Source: Vitrella brassicaformis CCMP3155 (lineage: Eukaryota > Protista > Chromerida). From it: DNA of 64,000 bases. Of the stretch, positions 12,389 through 28,529 are shown piece after piece. Numbering within the stretch: the stretch's first letter is position 1; every line of letters starts with the position of its first letter. The notes beneath the pieces are model-generated. The model was not told the DNA's origin and made no database searches. It worked only from the letters and a program-made list of their open reading frames with translations. Made by a program: the position numbers and the translations under genes. The stretch is from contig CDMY01000300.1 of NCBI GenBank assembly GCA_001179505.1, forward strand, positions 65,701 through 129,700, written 5' to 3'.

Positions 12389-13073
12389 TCATCGAGCGCC
12401 CTTTGCCCCTTTGCCCCCCTTGGGAACGGATCCTTTCTGCGCAGCAGCTTTTGCACCCGCAAACTTGGTCTTCGCCTCCTGTCTCTTCTGCTGCCGGGCT
12501 TTGGCCTCCTTGAGTGCCACCTCCTGTGCCGCCTGTGAGGCAATGTCCAGAACATTCAAGTCAGGTCACACAGGCCAAAGGGTGCTCTTGTAGTGTGGCA
12601 ATTGTGGCGTTTGTCTTAGTGGACGAACGAACCCGGCGTTCAACTGGCTTTGCCGCTCTCTTGCGCTTGATGTCCTCCAGTGTGAGGCCGACGATGGCCT
12701 TCTGCACCTTGGCTGTGCGTCGTGTCTTCCTTCTCGTGACCTCCTCAACCTTGCCCTTCTTGTTCATGCGTCGCCATGCCTGGGTCCACGTGAGCTTCAC
12801 AGGCTTGATACGCTGGTGGTGGAGCGAGTCGGTCTTGGAGTTGATGAACAGGTAGTTCTTGCCGTCACGAGCAATGAAACGCTGACCACGACCTGGGTAC
12901 ACACGGTACTCACTGCGAGGGAGGGAGATGACGACACACGAACAACAGACACACATCAGGGGCAGAGAGTCAAGCGAATCTCCCGTACCCGCCTACTCCC
13001 ACCCCATCCCAGAGATCAGACCACTGAGGCTTGTGCCTTACCTGTACGAGCACGACTCTGTCTTGATCACCAT
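12389..13073 (-). CDS. RPL24: 60S ribosomal protein L24 (eL24), 3 exons
   Basis: MVIKTESCSYS|EYRVYPGRGQRFIARDGK..WTQAWRRMNKKG..VQKAIVGLTLEDIKRKR..|AAQEVALKEAK..GGKGAKGAR*. Confidence 0.97.
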
Positions 13074-13281
13074 CCCGGCGAGGGCTCACACACGAAGAGC
13101 AGATCTTCCTCAATTGGCTTCCCGGCAATCTTCCCTCACACAGGAAGGCTCCCCTCGAGTCCGAGCTGAGTGAAGCTCCCCTGGAGCAGTTTCACGGAAT
13201 CCTAGGGTTGCGAGCTAAGAAGTGAAGATCTGTCCGCCTCCGACAAACGGCACCACAGAACACCCACCCCCGTCGTAAACC

Positions 13282-17490
<4,209 letters not shown>

Positions 17491-17733
17491 GGCTTTTCCC
17501 GAGCGGGGGAAACAAACAAAGAGGCAGGGACGGCACTTAGTCTTGTGTTTCTGTTTGTCTGGGGAGTGCGGTGTGAGCATCGCCACATTCTACGCATTCT
17601 ACGCGGGATGGACGGACGGACGAAACGAGTGGTTTACACGCACGGTCAGGCAGGCATTTGCCGATGAGCAAATGCATCTAGCTATCTGTCCATTGATCTA
17701 TGGGAACGCTGTTTGACTCGTCCAGACTATTTA

Positions 17734-18297
17734 TCATTTCTTCGTGTCATCCATCGCTTCTCTACGAGTGACGACGGGCAGGGGCATGTCATGGCTGACT
17801 ATTCGACATTGCTCACACGTCTGTACACCCTCCTGGGCAGGACGGTCCGGGCTCCTCCTGTCCACCTGACCTGATCGAAGCAAGATACAGAAAGAAAGCG
17901 GACAGGTTGTGGGTGTGCGTGTCAGTCATTCATTCACAATGGATGGATGGATGGATAGATGGAGGGACGGGCGGCGTGACCTCACCCGGAGGGTGACAAG
18001 GGATGGAGGGCACTGCGTAGCGGATGCATCGGGCGGCCGAAGCTGCAGCAACATCTCACGTGGGTATACGCACATAACACTGCACGTGCGGCCTGCAACA
18101 CAGTGTCCAACCACCCAAGGAGCAGCACAGCGAACGCACATCAGCATCGCGGGCCGTCTATCCAATCCACACCTACTTGGGTTGGAGCGTTTCCTGTGAA
18201 CACAGACGTAGTGATAGATGCCGGCCAGCAACACCACGATGAAGACCCTGAGGGATAACCTGAGCACCAGATCTTTGATGATCCACTCATGTTTCAT
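17734..18297 (-). CDS. Small hypothetical single-pass membrane protein (104 aa, 3 exons)
   Basis: Exons 18297-18177, 18042-17986 and 17870-17734 have good GT/AG sites, consistent phases and total 315 nt. N-terminal hydrophobic segment LVLRLSLRVFIVVLLAGIYHYVCV followed by HRKR. No homology recognised. Confidence 0.45.
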
Positions 18298-18434
18298 CAC
18301 ATTTTTACCTCAACACGTCCAGAGAGATGGTCATCGAGCGGAGAGAAATCTCCATGAGAGCTCCACCAACAGATCCAAGCATCGGCCAGGTTTCATATCC
18401 CGCCCCCAAGGCCCCCCAGTCTCTCTCACCTATA

Positions 18435-19392
18435 ATGGCAGAGGAGCAGAATCCGTTCACGCTGCCTGCGGATGAGGAGATATTTCTGCTTCGGGAGGTA
18501 GAGCGTCGGCAGCACCATGAGGAACGAGAAAAGCAGAAATCCCTGCACGTGTGGGAGAAGGGCACCAGCTGCAGCCGGATGCGCAATATCCGCCACGTCA
18601 AGGATGACGAGAAACCCACCGCACCGCCAGCTGCTGGGGCTGCTGCGCAGCAAGATTCACTCGCGCTCTCGGGCGCCAAGAGGGGCAGGGAGGGCGGCCC
18701 CCCACAACCCAAGTCGGCAGCAGCTCAAAAGTTCCTCCCAATGGTGCCCACGGGCGCCAGCTTCCCACGAGAGATGCGCAGAGAGAAAGAGGACCTTCGC
18801 AGCTTCATCGGTAATACTCACATACACACACACATACATACATACATGCATACATACGTACATACAGACATACATCAGGAGGAAGGGAGGGACACAAGCA
18901 GACAGGACAGCATCCACACCCTCTCAACGTGAGATAGTTTTCTGTATTGTGCTTTATGTGTGCTGCACGGGTCCCTTGGCTGGTTGGTTGGTTGGTTGGT
19001 TGGTTGGATTCGTTGGCTGATTGGCTGCTTGGCTGGTGCTGATGCATCCATCAGCCAAGAAGCGGGAGATGTTTTTGGTGCAGATGTCGTTGGACATCAA
19101 GAAGGCCGAGATCCTCAAGCTGCACGAAAAGGCAGCCATGAAGGAGGAGGCACTCAAGAAATCGCAGCAAATGCTCGAGGAAGACGTGACCAGGTATCTA
19201 CATACATATACATCCATGCGGCAGGCACCACGGACGCTCGCAGCCCTGGACTCATGGGGTGTGTGTGTTGGGGTGTATGTGGTGTGCAGGTTTGACGCGT
19301 TCTTGCACGCCAACGACGCCAAGGCGCATAAAGCAATGAAGGTGTGTCAGTCAGTGAATTAGTGAGTAAGTGTGGCAGCCTCCTCCCCGCCA

Positions 19393-19423
<31 letters not shown>

Positions 19424-21678
19424 ATGGGATCAACACTTGGGGAGTGAGTAGCCAGCGATTTCATGTGTCGCTGCGGAATTTTCTGTTGTTGCGGTGAAGC
19501 AAGCCGAGTCTCTGATGAAGATAAAACAGGAGAAGGTGCAGAGGATAAAACAGCTCAAAGGACAAATATCGGTCGGTGCCTGCAGCGGCCGCATAGCATA
19601 CACACTATATTTTGTTGCGTGGGTGCCCTTTATGTACGTATGCGTATGGATGGCTGGCTGGATGGATGGATACACACATGCAGGCGATTCAGTCAGAGAT
19701 ATCAAAGCAGCGTGAGCAGAAGGAGGAGTGCATCAAGTTCAAGCACTTCCTTGATAGACTCACGCCGCAGGAGTGGGTCGACGAACAAATATGCGTCAAA
19801 CAAGACAGAAAGGCCAAGAGAAAACAGGTCAGTCACTTTGTTCATCGGCTGTTCCGTCTTGTGCGCGACCCAATGTCTCGTTGGTTGGTTCATTGAAGTG
19901 TGTGTGTGTGTGTGTGCGACGCCCAACAAACAGCGTTGGATCCAGATGCGTTTGGAAGAAATCAATCGAGCCCTGGCTAAGGACGTCGAGGACATCGAAA
20001 GGTCACACTGACAGACAGATAGACACGATTGGATGGATGGATGGATAAATGGATAATTGGACGCCCGCCGAGAAGTCGTATGGTTGTGCGCCTCTCTCTC
20101 TGTGTGTGTGTGTGTGTGATACGACAGGGATGCTGAGAGGGAGTGGCAGCAGGAGGAGAAGAAGAGGAAAGGCAAGGCACTCGAGGACGGTGAGTGAGGA
20201 AACAAACGAGCCATACAACAAACGGATCCATTAGATTACAGCCAGCCAGCCATCTTCAACCATGCATACATCCATCCATGTACGTACGTATGTATCGATC
20301 GATCAGCCAGGCGTGAAATCGAGGACCGTGCTGACCGCCGACGCAAGGCGAGTCGGCGCAAATACCCCACGGCGGCTGAGCTGGACAAGGAGTATGAGGA
20401 TGTCAGCAGTGGGGACGAGCTCCCGCTCTACTTCAAGGAACCCAAACAGCTCCTTGACATATTCACAGTAAGTACCCACACACAGACACAAACCCAATCC
20501 ATACACAAGCGGGAGACTTACCCGTCAGGGTCCACACACACATTCTCCGTCGGTTGGCTAACCGGCTTGCCGGCCCCCTGGCTGCCATGGTTGTATGTAT
20601 TGTGTGCAGGCGCTTGAGGAACAGAATTTGTTTCTGATCCAGAATGCCCAGGAGACCGAGCAGGCCCTGGAGGAAGTGGACCAGAAGTTCGCTCAGACGC
20701 GAAAGATCATGGGCGGAAAGGCAGAAACACTCAGGGCCAACATTGTTGAACTTGGTCAGTCACTCAGTCAGTCATGTCTCCACGTACATTCGATGGATGG
20801 ATGGATGGATGGATGGACGGTGTGTCGTGTGGCGTGTTTGTGTGTTTGGCTGCAGAGAAGCAGGTGAATGAGGAGCGTCGTCACTGTGATGAGCTCAAGG
20901 AGACCCTGCGGCAAAAGTCGGGCAGCAAAGAACAAGATGCAGTCCTCAAGGAACTCGCAGCCAAGGTACACAGGCAGGTAGAGGCAGCCAGCCAGCCAGC
21001 CCGGCTGGCTTCACAGAAGCACGAGCCGGATGAGACACCGGAATGATTTGTGTATGTGTCTGTGGCTGGATGTGTGTAGGTGTCTGAGGTGTATTTGGCG
21101 TGTGGGTTTGACATCGATCACGATCCCGACCCGCTCAAGATGCTCGAGGCCATCGAGGCCAAACTGGAGGAACTACTTGCACAACTTGACGAGTGTGAGG
21201 GTGAGCAACCGTCGCTCTGTGTCTCCCTCCCTGGCAAGCCACGCCTCTCTCCCTCTTGTTTCTGTCTCCGTGTGTCGCGTGCGCGTGTGTGTGTGTGGGC
21301 GTGTGTGTGTGCATCTATATAGGTGTGAATGCTGAGTTGGTGCGTAGTCTTGAGAGGGAGAAGGAGAAGGAGCGCCGCGAGGCGGTGCGTCAGCACAAGA
21401 TCGAGATGCAGCACAAGAAGAACGAGGAGCGGCTCAGGGCCAGCCTCAAGCGTTCACAGGAGCCAATCAAGAAGAAGAAGGGCAAACCAGTCATGTTCAG
21501 ATCCCCACCCGAGCGACGAGACAACCTACGGGTCACCAGCGTCGACACAGAGGTCCCTTCACGCACTCGACTCGATCGACAGACACCTCACTCTCCCAGC
21601 TCACATATTCATCTGTCTGATTCCTTTCGTGTGCAGGCGCTTGAGAGGGAACGCGAGTATGCCCTGTTCTTCACCTGA
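18435..21678 (+). CDS. CFAP100: Cilia- and flagella-associated protein 100 (CCDC37/MIA1 family, DUF4200 coiled coil)
   Basis: NPFTLPADEEIF, KKREMFLVQMSLDIKKAEI, LEEDVTR|FDAFL, LYFKEPKQLLDIFT|ALEEQNLFLIQNAQETE, GKPVMFRSPP, EYALFFT*. In-frame upstream ATGs at 18327 and 18354 are alternative starts. Confidence 0.88.
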
Positions 21679-21971
21679 ACGGTGCGTGTACATACAGAGA
21701 TGCATACGGATACGTACATGCATGCGCGGATATGCAATGGACATACGTGCCAATGAATACACGTGTCTCTTTCACGCGGCCGATCGCCTCAGTCGACAGT
21801 TTGTGGCGATCACCATGATGATAGAAATTCCCATGCCATATGACACGTCGCTTCACAGTCGCTCGTCGAGAGTCGCGATTGCGAGCTCAGCCCGGGAATT
21901 CGCAAAGGCGAGCGGAAAGTTCTCCACACAGACAGAAACCAAACGTGGGTGACGGTGCTTGGACTACAAGG

Positions 21972-22928
21972 ATGAGCGAGCAGCAGCAGCAGGAACAGCA
22001 GCAACAGCAGGTGGGTGAGATGGAGGGTCACTCGGCGTGAGGGTCTCGTCTGAACTGGTTGGGGTGCCTGCCTTGTGTGTTTCCCCTGTGTTGTGGTGTG
22101 GTCCACCTGACAGGTTCTGTGTGCCAACGGGTGTGGGTTCTTCGGTTCGGCGTCGACGAGGAATCTATGCAGCAAGTGTTGGAGGCAAGTGGTCCAGGAA
22201 GAGAAGGCCGAGGGAGCCAGTAGGCCCTCAGAGAAGCTCCAGGGCCTCGACAAGGCCCTCACCGCTGACAAGACTGCCCCTCCCAACGATAGCAGTTCCA
22301 CTGGCAACGGTGCGGCGTCATCAGCGGCCTCGGATGTCGCTGGCGCGTCCACCAAGCCTGAGGAGGTCAAGACGGCCGCCGAGGGCGATGCCGACAAACC
22401 CGACAGGCCCGTACAGGTACCTGCCAACGCACATAACCTACAGGCGGCTGACACTGCCGATACATGTGCACAACACTGCTGTTCGCTTGTGTGGTGCACC
22501 CATCCCTCAGGTGAACAAGAACCGCTGCTGGAAGTGTCGGGCTAAGATCGGCTTGTTGGGTGAGACGCACACACGTCGCACAGGCAATGTGTGCACGGTT
22601 TGATGCACAGAGATCCCTCGCTCACCGACGTGAGGGCGGTTGGGTGGGTCGTTCTCACCGGGTTCGTGTGTGATGTGCCCACCTACCAGGTTTCGAGTGT
22701 CGATGCGGGTACTTTTTCTGCGGGACACATCGCTACGCAGACATGCATGAGTGTGACTTTGACTGGAAGGTGAGCCCAACCACACACATCGCACCACACC
22801 ACACTCTCATTCGGCGTCACGCACCCTGGGGGGCTCTGGCTATGTACGCATGTGTCCAGAACTTCGAGCGTCAGAACCTGGCTAAACTCAATCCGGAGGT
22901 CGCGCCGTCGAAGCTGGAGCGGATCTAG
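21972..22928 (+). CDS. A20/AN1 zinc-finger protein (ZFAND5/6, plant SAP-like)
   Basis: A20 finger LCANGCGFFGSASTRNLCSKC; AN1 finger RCWKCRAKIGLL|GFECRCGYFFCGTHRYADMHECDFDWK; ends KLERI*. Confidence 0.95.
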
Positions 22929-23399
22929 ATAAGCAACGGTCGGACGTGGGAGTGGATGGATGGTTGAAGGAGTTGGATGTGAGGGGAGCAAGGGACACAG
23001 TGCCTGCCTCTCCTCCCTGTCAGCCAGCTCGTCTGATCGATCCTATGCCTGTTTGTACTTAGATATGTATGTATGTAAACGTGACCGACAGACACGGACG
23101 GACCCACCCACATGTTTTTCTCGCTGTCTTATTACTACTACCCTTTACCCCTCCCCCCGCTTGTCTTGTTCTTTCCTGCTTCCTCCTTCCTCCCTCTCTC
23201 GTCGGTCGGTCTGTCTGTCTGTCTGTCTCAAGGCACTGTAAATGATAAGAAAAGGCAGAGGGACGGGAGGACGGCAGGCGGGCAGGGTGGCTTCTTGTTT
23301 GAATCGTGCTGGCTGGCTGGTCGATGAATCGAGTGGGTGGGTGGCTGGCTGGCAGGCAGGCTGGGTGTCTCTGTTCTACGAACCGAACCGGCCAAAAGG

Positions 23400-25605
23400 G
23401 GACAGACACGTCGCGATGGGTCATCTGCAATGGAATGCGGTCCAATGTTACTCATCGGAAGGATACGTGCACAGTCTCATGACAGACACACCAAGTCAAA
23501 GCAATCCCCATTCTCACTTATGAGTCATGACAATTAATTCATCACTCCCGTTGACCCAACTGAGCAACACAACCACACCATCCAGTGCACAACCATGCAG
23601 CCTGCGACAGACGGTGACAGTGTGTGGATGTGTGTGTACCGTCTAATTCTTCAAAGACGTGGACAGGGCGATCATCAAAGGCGACGGCTGTGAATGTGTG
23701 TGTACCGTCTGTTTCTTCAGAGACGTGGACAGGGCGATCATCAAAGGCGACGGCTTCTTCCCGGATGTTGATGCTGCTGAGCCAAAGAAATGAACGACAG
23801 ACAGACAAGGAAGGTGTTTAGGTCTTGTGAGTGAAGGGCTCCTCCCATCCCGCCCCCGTTTCTCACCCGTTGGCTTTAATGCCGCATGTCGAATGGCCAG
23901 CGCCAGTGGGGAGAGCCTCTTCTGGGGCCGGATGACGGCACCTGAGGAAGGAAGAGAGGAACGAACAAATGGAGGAAGGAAAAGGCAGATGGCAATGGAT
24001 GGGATGAATGCAGCAACGCGTCCGAGACTGACCCAAACACACCAGATAGTACCTAACAAATGGAACCAAAATGACACATTTGCCGCTCTCTCTCTCTCCC
24101 TCTCTCCCTCCCTCTGTGTGTGTGTGTCCGCCCGTGCGATCGGAAAGGTACATACATGACAACGCCGGCTGCCCAAATGTCCGATTTCACGGAAAAGTTC
24201 TCGACGAACTCGTGGCACTCAGGGGCCTGCACGCATAGAGAGGAGGGAGAGACATCAGGGGGGCGACAGGTGGATTGGTGTCCTCTTAATGTATGCATGC
24301 ATGTGTCAGTCATGTGGTTGGACAAGTTACAATGTACATTTTTGACCCCGGCATAAAGCGGCGGTCGTCTGGTTGGGTGATGAAATGGCAGAAGTCCAGG
24401 TCCACCATCTTGAGCACTTTATGGCGTCGGTCGCTGAAGACGAAGGTCTCCAGCTGGATTGCGCGGTGGATTGCCTGTTTGCGCGAGTAAGTGAACAAAC
24501 AGGCAGACAGGCACATGTGCAGGTGTGTACAAAAGTGCAGTTATCATGGCTGACCCCTTTGTCATGAAGGTGTTGAAGTGCAAGAAGGAGTTGCCGCATG
24601 AAGGCCTTGATCTCGTCCTCCGATAAGCCCCCTGATAAGTGAGCACCCGAGGATTTGAGGTATTCTCTTAGGTTCGGGCCAGACAGCTTCTCAGACACTG
24701 CAGCCAGCCAGCCAGCCAGCCAGCAGGAATGAATGAGCAAAACGACCAGCCAGGGATGAATGAGCGAAAGATATCTTCTGCACGTTGGTCAAGAGTGATT
24801 GACGACTTACCAACGTAGATATGTTCCTTGTCTTGGCATATGTCCAGAGGATTGGCCACGTTATGGTGTGGCTGCTTCATGAGGTGGCACTGGACCTGTT
24901 TGTAGTATTGAGGGCTGACACGAAGGCTGACAAATGATAAATATATACGCACAGGAATGACAGACACCAATTGTATACGGATAGGAGAAAGAGAGCACTC
25001 AGATCTCTTACTGAAGCGCCTCCTTCTCGATCTCCTTGAGGGAGCACTCTTGGTTGGTTTCAGCAACGGTGGCGTCGTATGTGGCGGAGTATCTGCAGCG
25101 ATGAAGATGACCGACAAAGAGATGGATTCATTCATCATTGGCCATCCATTACCCGTCTGAATGTCCTGCCTCCCTCTTGTCCGTACCTGTTTCCGCCGGT
25201 CTTATCCCCGCGAGAGTACTCAGCTTTGATGTCATTGATGTGGCGCCACACCGTCCGAGGCGTTTTCTCGTGCATGGCCTTGGCCAGACCCTCTCCCTCT
25301 CCCCCACCACCTCGACCATGACAATGTCCTTGCGCATGCGGTGGATGTCTGTGGTTGCTCTCGGTGGTGGTGGTGCTGCTGCTGGTCTTCCGCTCTCGGT
25401 GGTGCTTGGTGCCTACTGGCGCCCTCAGAGAGGTGAATTCGGGTTGCGTAGTCGAAGGGGGAAGCGGGGGGTGAAGACGAGGGCTTGGGGAAGCGGCGCT
25501 GTGTACTGACTGGGGAGGTGGCTCGTGTGTGGTCGGGCCTTCGTCGTTGGGGCTGAGCAGAAAGCTCAGGGCGGCCGAGTCGCTGGGGTGGGGGGAATCA
25601 TCCAT
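23400..25605 (-). CDS. CAMK-like protein kinase-fold protein, probable pseudokinase
   Basis: GDKTGGNR|YSATY..ECSLKEIEK, HHNVANPLDICQDKEHIYV|VSEKLSG, LQHLHDKG|AIHRAIQLET, KMVDLDF, MYI|APE, KSDIWAAGVVM, DDPSRR. The 3' end and true start are uncertain. Confidence 0.8.
23623..23754. repeat. 66-bp tandem duplication (2 copies) covering an exon 3' end and its donor site
   Basis: 23623-23688 and 23689-23754 match at 62/66 positions (core gacgtggacagggcgatcatcaaaggcgacggc). Confidence 0.92.
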
Positions 25606-25641
25606 GCCCGCTCACCGGCGACCACGTGTTCAGCACGTACG

Positions 25642-28066
25642 ATGGTGACGAGGGGCAGATCCGTCAGATCCGGTTACGCATGTTTCAAGCTCGCATGCCG
25701 AGGGAAGATCGTGGCGTGAGTGAGGAGTTGAGATCTTACATGGGAGGAGGCCCTTTGGCTGTGCAGCATGAGTATGTCCGGAGAAGTGGCGTCCATTCTC
25801 TCTCGATGGGGACTCGCCCGCAACGCAACACTCAGGGAAGTCACCGCCGTCTACAAACAGAGAGGTACACACACGCGCACACAATGACAGATCATCACGA
25901 TTCAGCCACTATGGCGTTTGCTTGTCCATGACCTGTTTGGTGTGTTGGCGTGGCGTTCCATTTCAGTCAAGGTTCTGCATCCTGACGTCAACAAGGCCGC
26001 AGACGCCCATGCTGCAGTAAGTAGGGGAGACAAACACATCCGGATCTACACTCACCAGCCAGCCACCAGATACTAGTCATCGCTGACCTGTCTGTCGTGT
26101 GTGTGCTGGATGGTCACAGTTTGTGCGTCTGAAGAGCGAGTACGAGACGCTCGAGGAGGCTCTGAGCCGCAATGGAGGTGCTGGTGCTGGCAGTGGTAGC
26201 TGGCCAGGGGGTGCTAGCGGGCAGGAGTCGTCTTCTTCTTCTCAGTGGCCACCCCACCACCCGCCGCGTGGCGACTGGTACCGCAGCTACACGGCTCACT
26301 CTCAGCCGTACCAGCCGTACACGGCCTACAAGGGGTACGGCGAGCGGCAGACGTATGACGAGAGCATGGGGGGGTGGCGCCAGACATACCAGGGCGACGC
26401 CGACGCCAGACAGAGGGAGGAACGCAACGAGCAATGGAGGGCACTGCTCCCGGGACTACTCAATGTACGCACTCACACAACACACACCCACACACTGGCA
26501 TGCAGGTTGGCTGGCTGGCTGGATGATGGCCCATGTGATCGTATCGATATCTCTCTGTCTGTCTGTCTGTCTGTCTGTGGATCGGCCGACGGGATGCTGG
26601 CTGGCTCTCTCCCTCCCCCAGCTGACGGTGGTGTTGGGTGGGTCGTTCGCTGTCTACATGTTGCTCCAGAAGTTCCATCGGCGGGAGCAGGAGCTCTATG
26701 ACCGCGATGTGGCATACGCCCCCTACGGCAGCCAGCAGCGGCCCATCCACCAAGCCGATCTGCAGGCATACGGCCAGTTCCACCCCAACCAGGATGACCC
26801 CAGGATGCGGATGCCACACCGGCAGCAGCCCATCGCCACACGGGTGCGGGGTGCAGAGGCGCTGTCCGACCAAGACACTGGTGTGGGTGGTGGGCCTGCT
26901 GCCGCTGCCATGTCTGCGCCGACTTTGTCCAAGAGCGAGCCAGCATTGGCCATGGTGCATCAGCTGTCGGATGCTGAGGAGGCCGTGCTAAGGGGCGAGG
27001 CGCGGGATGACGACAGCGACGTGCACACCGAAGATGAGGCAGAGGTGCATGAGGGACCAGGGCCACCCAAGAAACCAAAACCACACGCCAAAAGGGGTAC
27101 GTACGGTACGCACGGCCGAACGGACGGTTGAAGGGTGGGTGGGATGCGCACGCGACACTCGGCTGCTTCTGTAATTGTGTGGCCCATGTTGGGTGTGTGT
27201 GTGTGCGTGTGTGTGTGTGTGTGGCCAGAGTCTCCCCTGTTCGAGAAGGGCGTCAAGACGGCTCACATTTTGGCTCACAGAGGTGACGTATCGCGACTCT
27301 ACAGCCTGATGAAGGCTTCCAAGTATCCCCACCAGCAGTTGGTGCTCATAGACAGGTAGGTCAGTCCACACAATACATACATACATACATACGTCTGTGT
27401 GCGAGGCAAAGGAATGCGTGTTGGATGGTTGGTTGTGTTGTGTCCGTCTCTGATCAGGAGGGGCCGCACCCCGATGCACTTCGCTGCATTGGCCGGTAAG
27501 CAGTGCACTGCAGTGCAGTGCACGGCCAGCCAGCCTGCACGCCACACGAACGGATCCCTCCCTCCACCCGGTTCTGTGTGTCGTGTCGTTTTGTACTTCT
27601 GTGCGTGTGTACACGTACGCCCACAGGTCAAGAGGAGTGTGTAAAGGTGAGCGACACGCGGCCTGTGGATGCACCTGGGTGGGGGCTGCATTCCTTCCTT
27701 CGCTCCGCCCTCCCTTGTGTGCCTCTCTTTGTGCACTGCAGTTCCTGTACAACTGTGGGGCGGACATCAACGCCGTAGACCACGATGGCAAAACTCCCGC
27801 AGACCTCGCAGACGACAAGGGTACACCACACACACACACACACACACAATCTCACGCAGCCGCCGCCCGCCAATCGACTTAACGGATGGATGGATGAGAG
27901 CATCTGTGTCTGTGTCTGTGTGTGTGCGCGTGTGTACATACATCCTGTATGGTCAGGCCACGCAGTATTGGCCAAGAAGATGCGTTCCCAGACAGACGCC
28001 AGGCAGGCGCAGGAGGCAGCTGCTGCACCCAAGACAACACACAAGCAGCAATTGGAGAAGGAGTGA
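25642..28066 (+). CDS. J-domain (DnaJ) protein with central TM segment and C-terminal ankyrin repeats
   Basis: WGLARNATLREVTAVYKQR|VKVLHPDVNK (HPD at 25978-25986)|FVRLKSEYETL; TM LLPGLLN|LTVVLGGSFAVYMLL; ankyrin repeats IDR|RGRTPMHFAALAG and GADINAVDHDGKTPADLA. Alternative start at 25768. Confidence 0.85.
27821..27956 (+). repeat. Representative intronic microsatellites: 5' (CA)n and 3' (TG)n tracts
   Basis: (CA)n at about 27826-27848 and a TG-rich tract at about 27905-27935. (CA)n, (TG)n, (GTCT)n, (GGAT)n and (GCAG)n arrays recur in most introns from about 13 kb onward. Confidence 0.9.
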
Positions 28067-28529
28067 GTCAGCGAATGGTTCAATGTGTCCAAGTGCCCAG
28101 GCAGGCAGGCAGGCAGGCAGTGAACAGCCGAGGGGGACGTGCCAGCTTTGTTGTGGGAGTCTCTCTGCTGCCCGTCATCCGTCCATCCATCCGCTCGTGT
28201 ATGTATTGTATGGATATGTGTCATACATGTATGCCAGCCATGCACGCAACGAACAAACGTGTGTAGTGTAGGCAAACGAGTTAGTCAGTCAGTCGTGCAT
28301 GGCATGGCATGGCATGGCATGGACCTCTGTCTGTCTGTATGTATCAACGCATGGATGGATGGATGGATATGACAACTCATATGAGTATCAACGGGCACTG
28401 TTGTCGTCAACTGTAGCTGTCTCTCGCAAGTCATCGGTACTTTGCGGTTAACACCTGACCGACCCACGCCGACATGACCCAGCCGACCACGCCACAACAC
28501 AACACACCGCGTCCAGCCAGTGACTGAGC

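Noticed and set aside
23623-23754. Repeat-spacer-like pattern as a possible CRISPR
   Set aside because: Only two contiguous copies with no unique spacers, eukaryotic context and no cas genes; reported as a tandem duplication.
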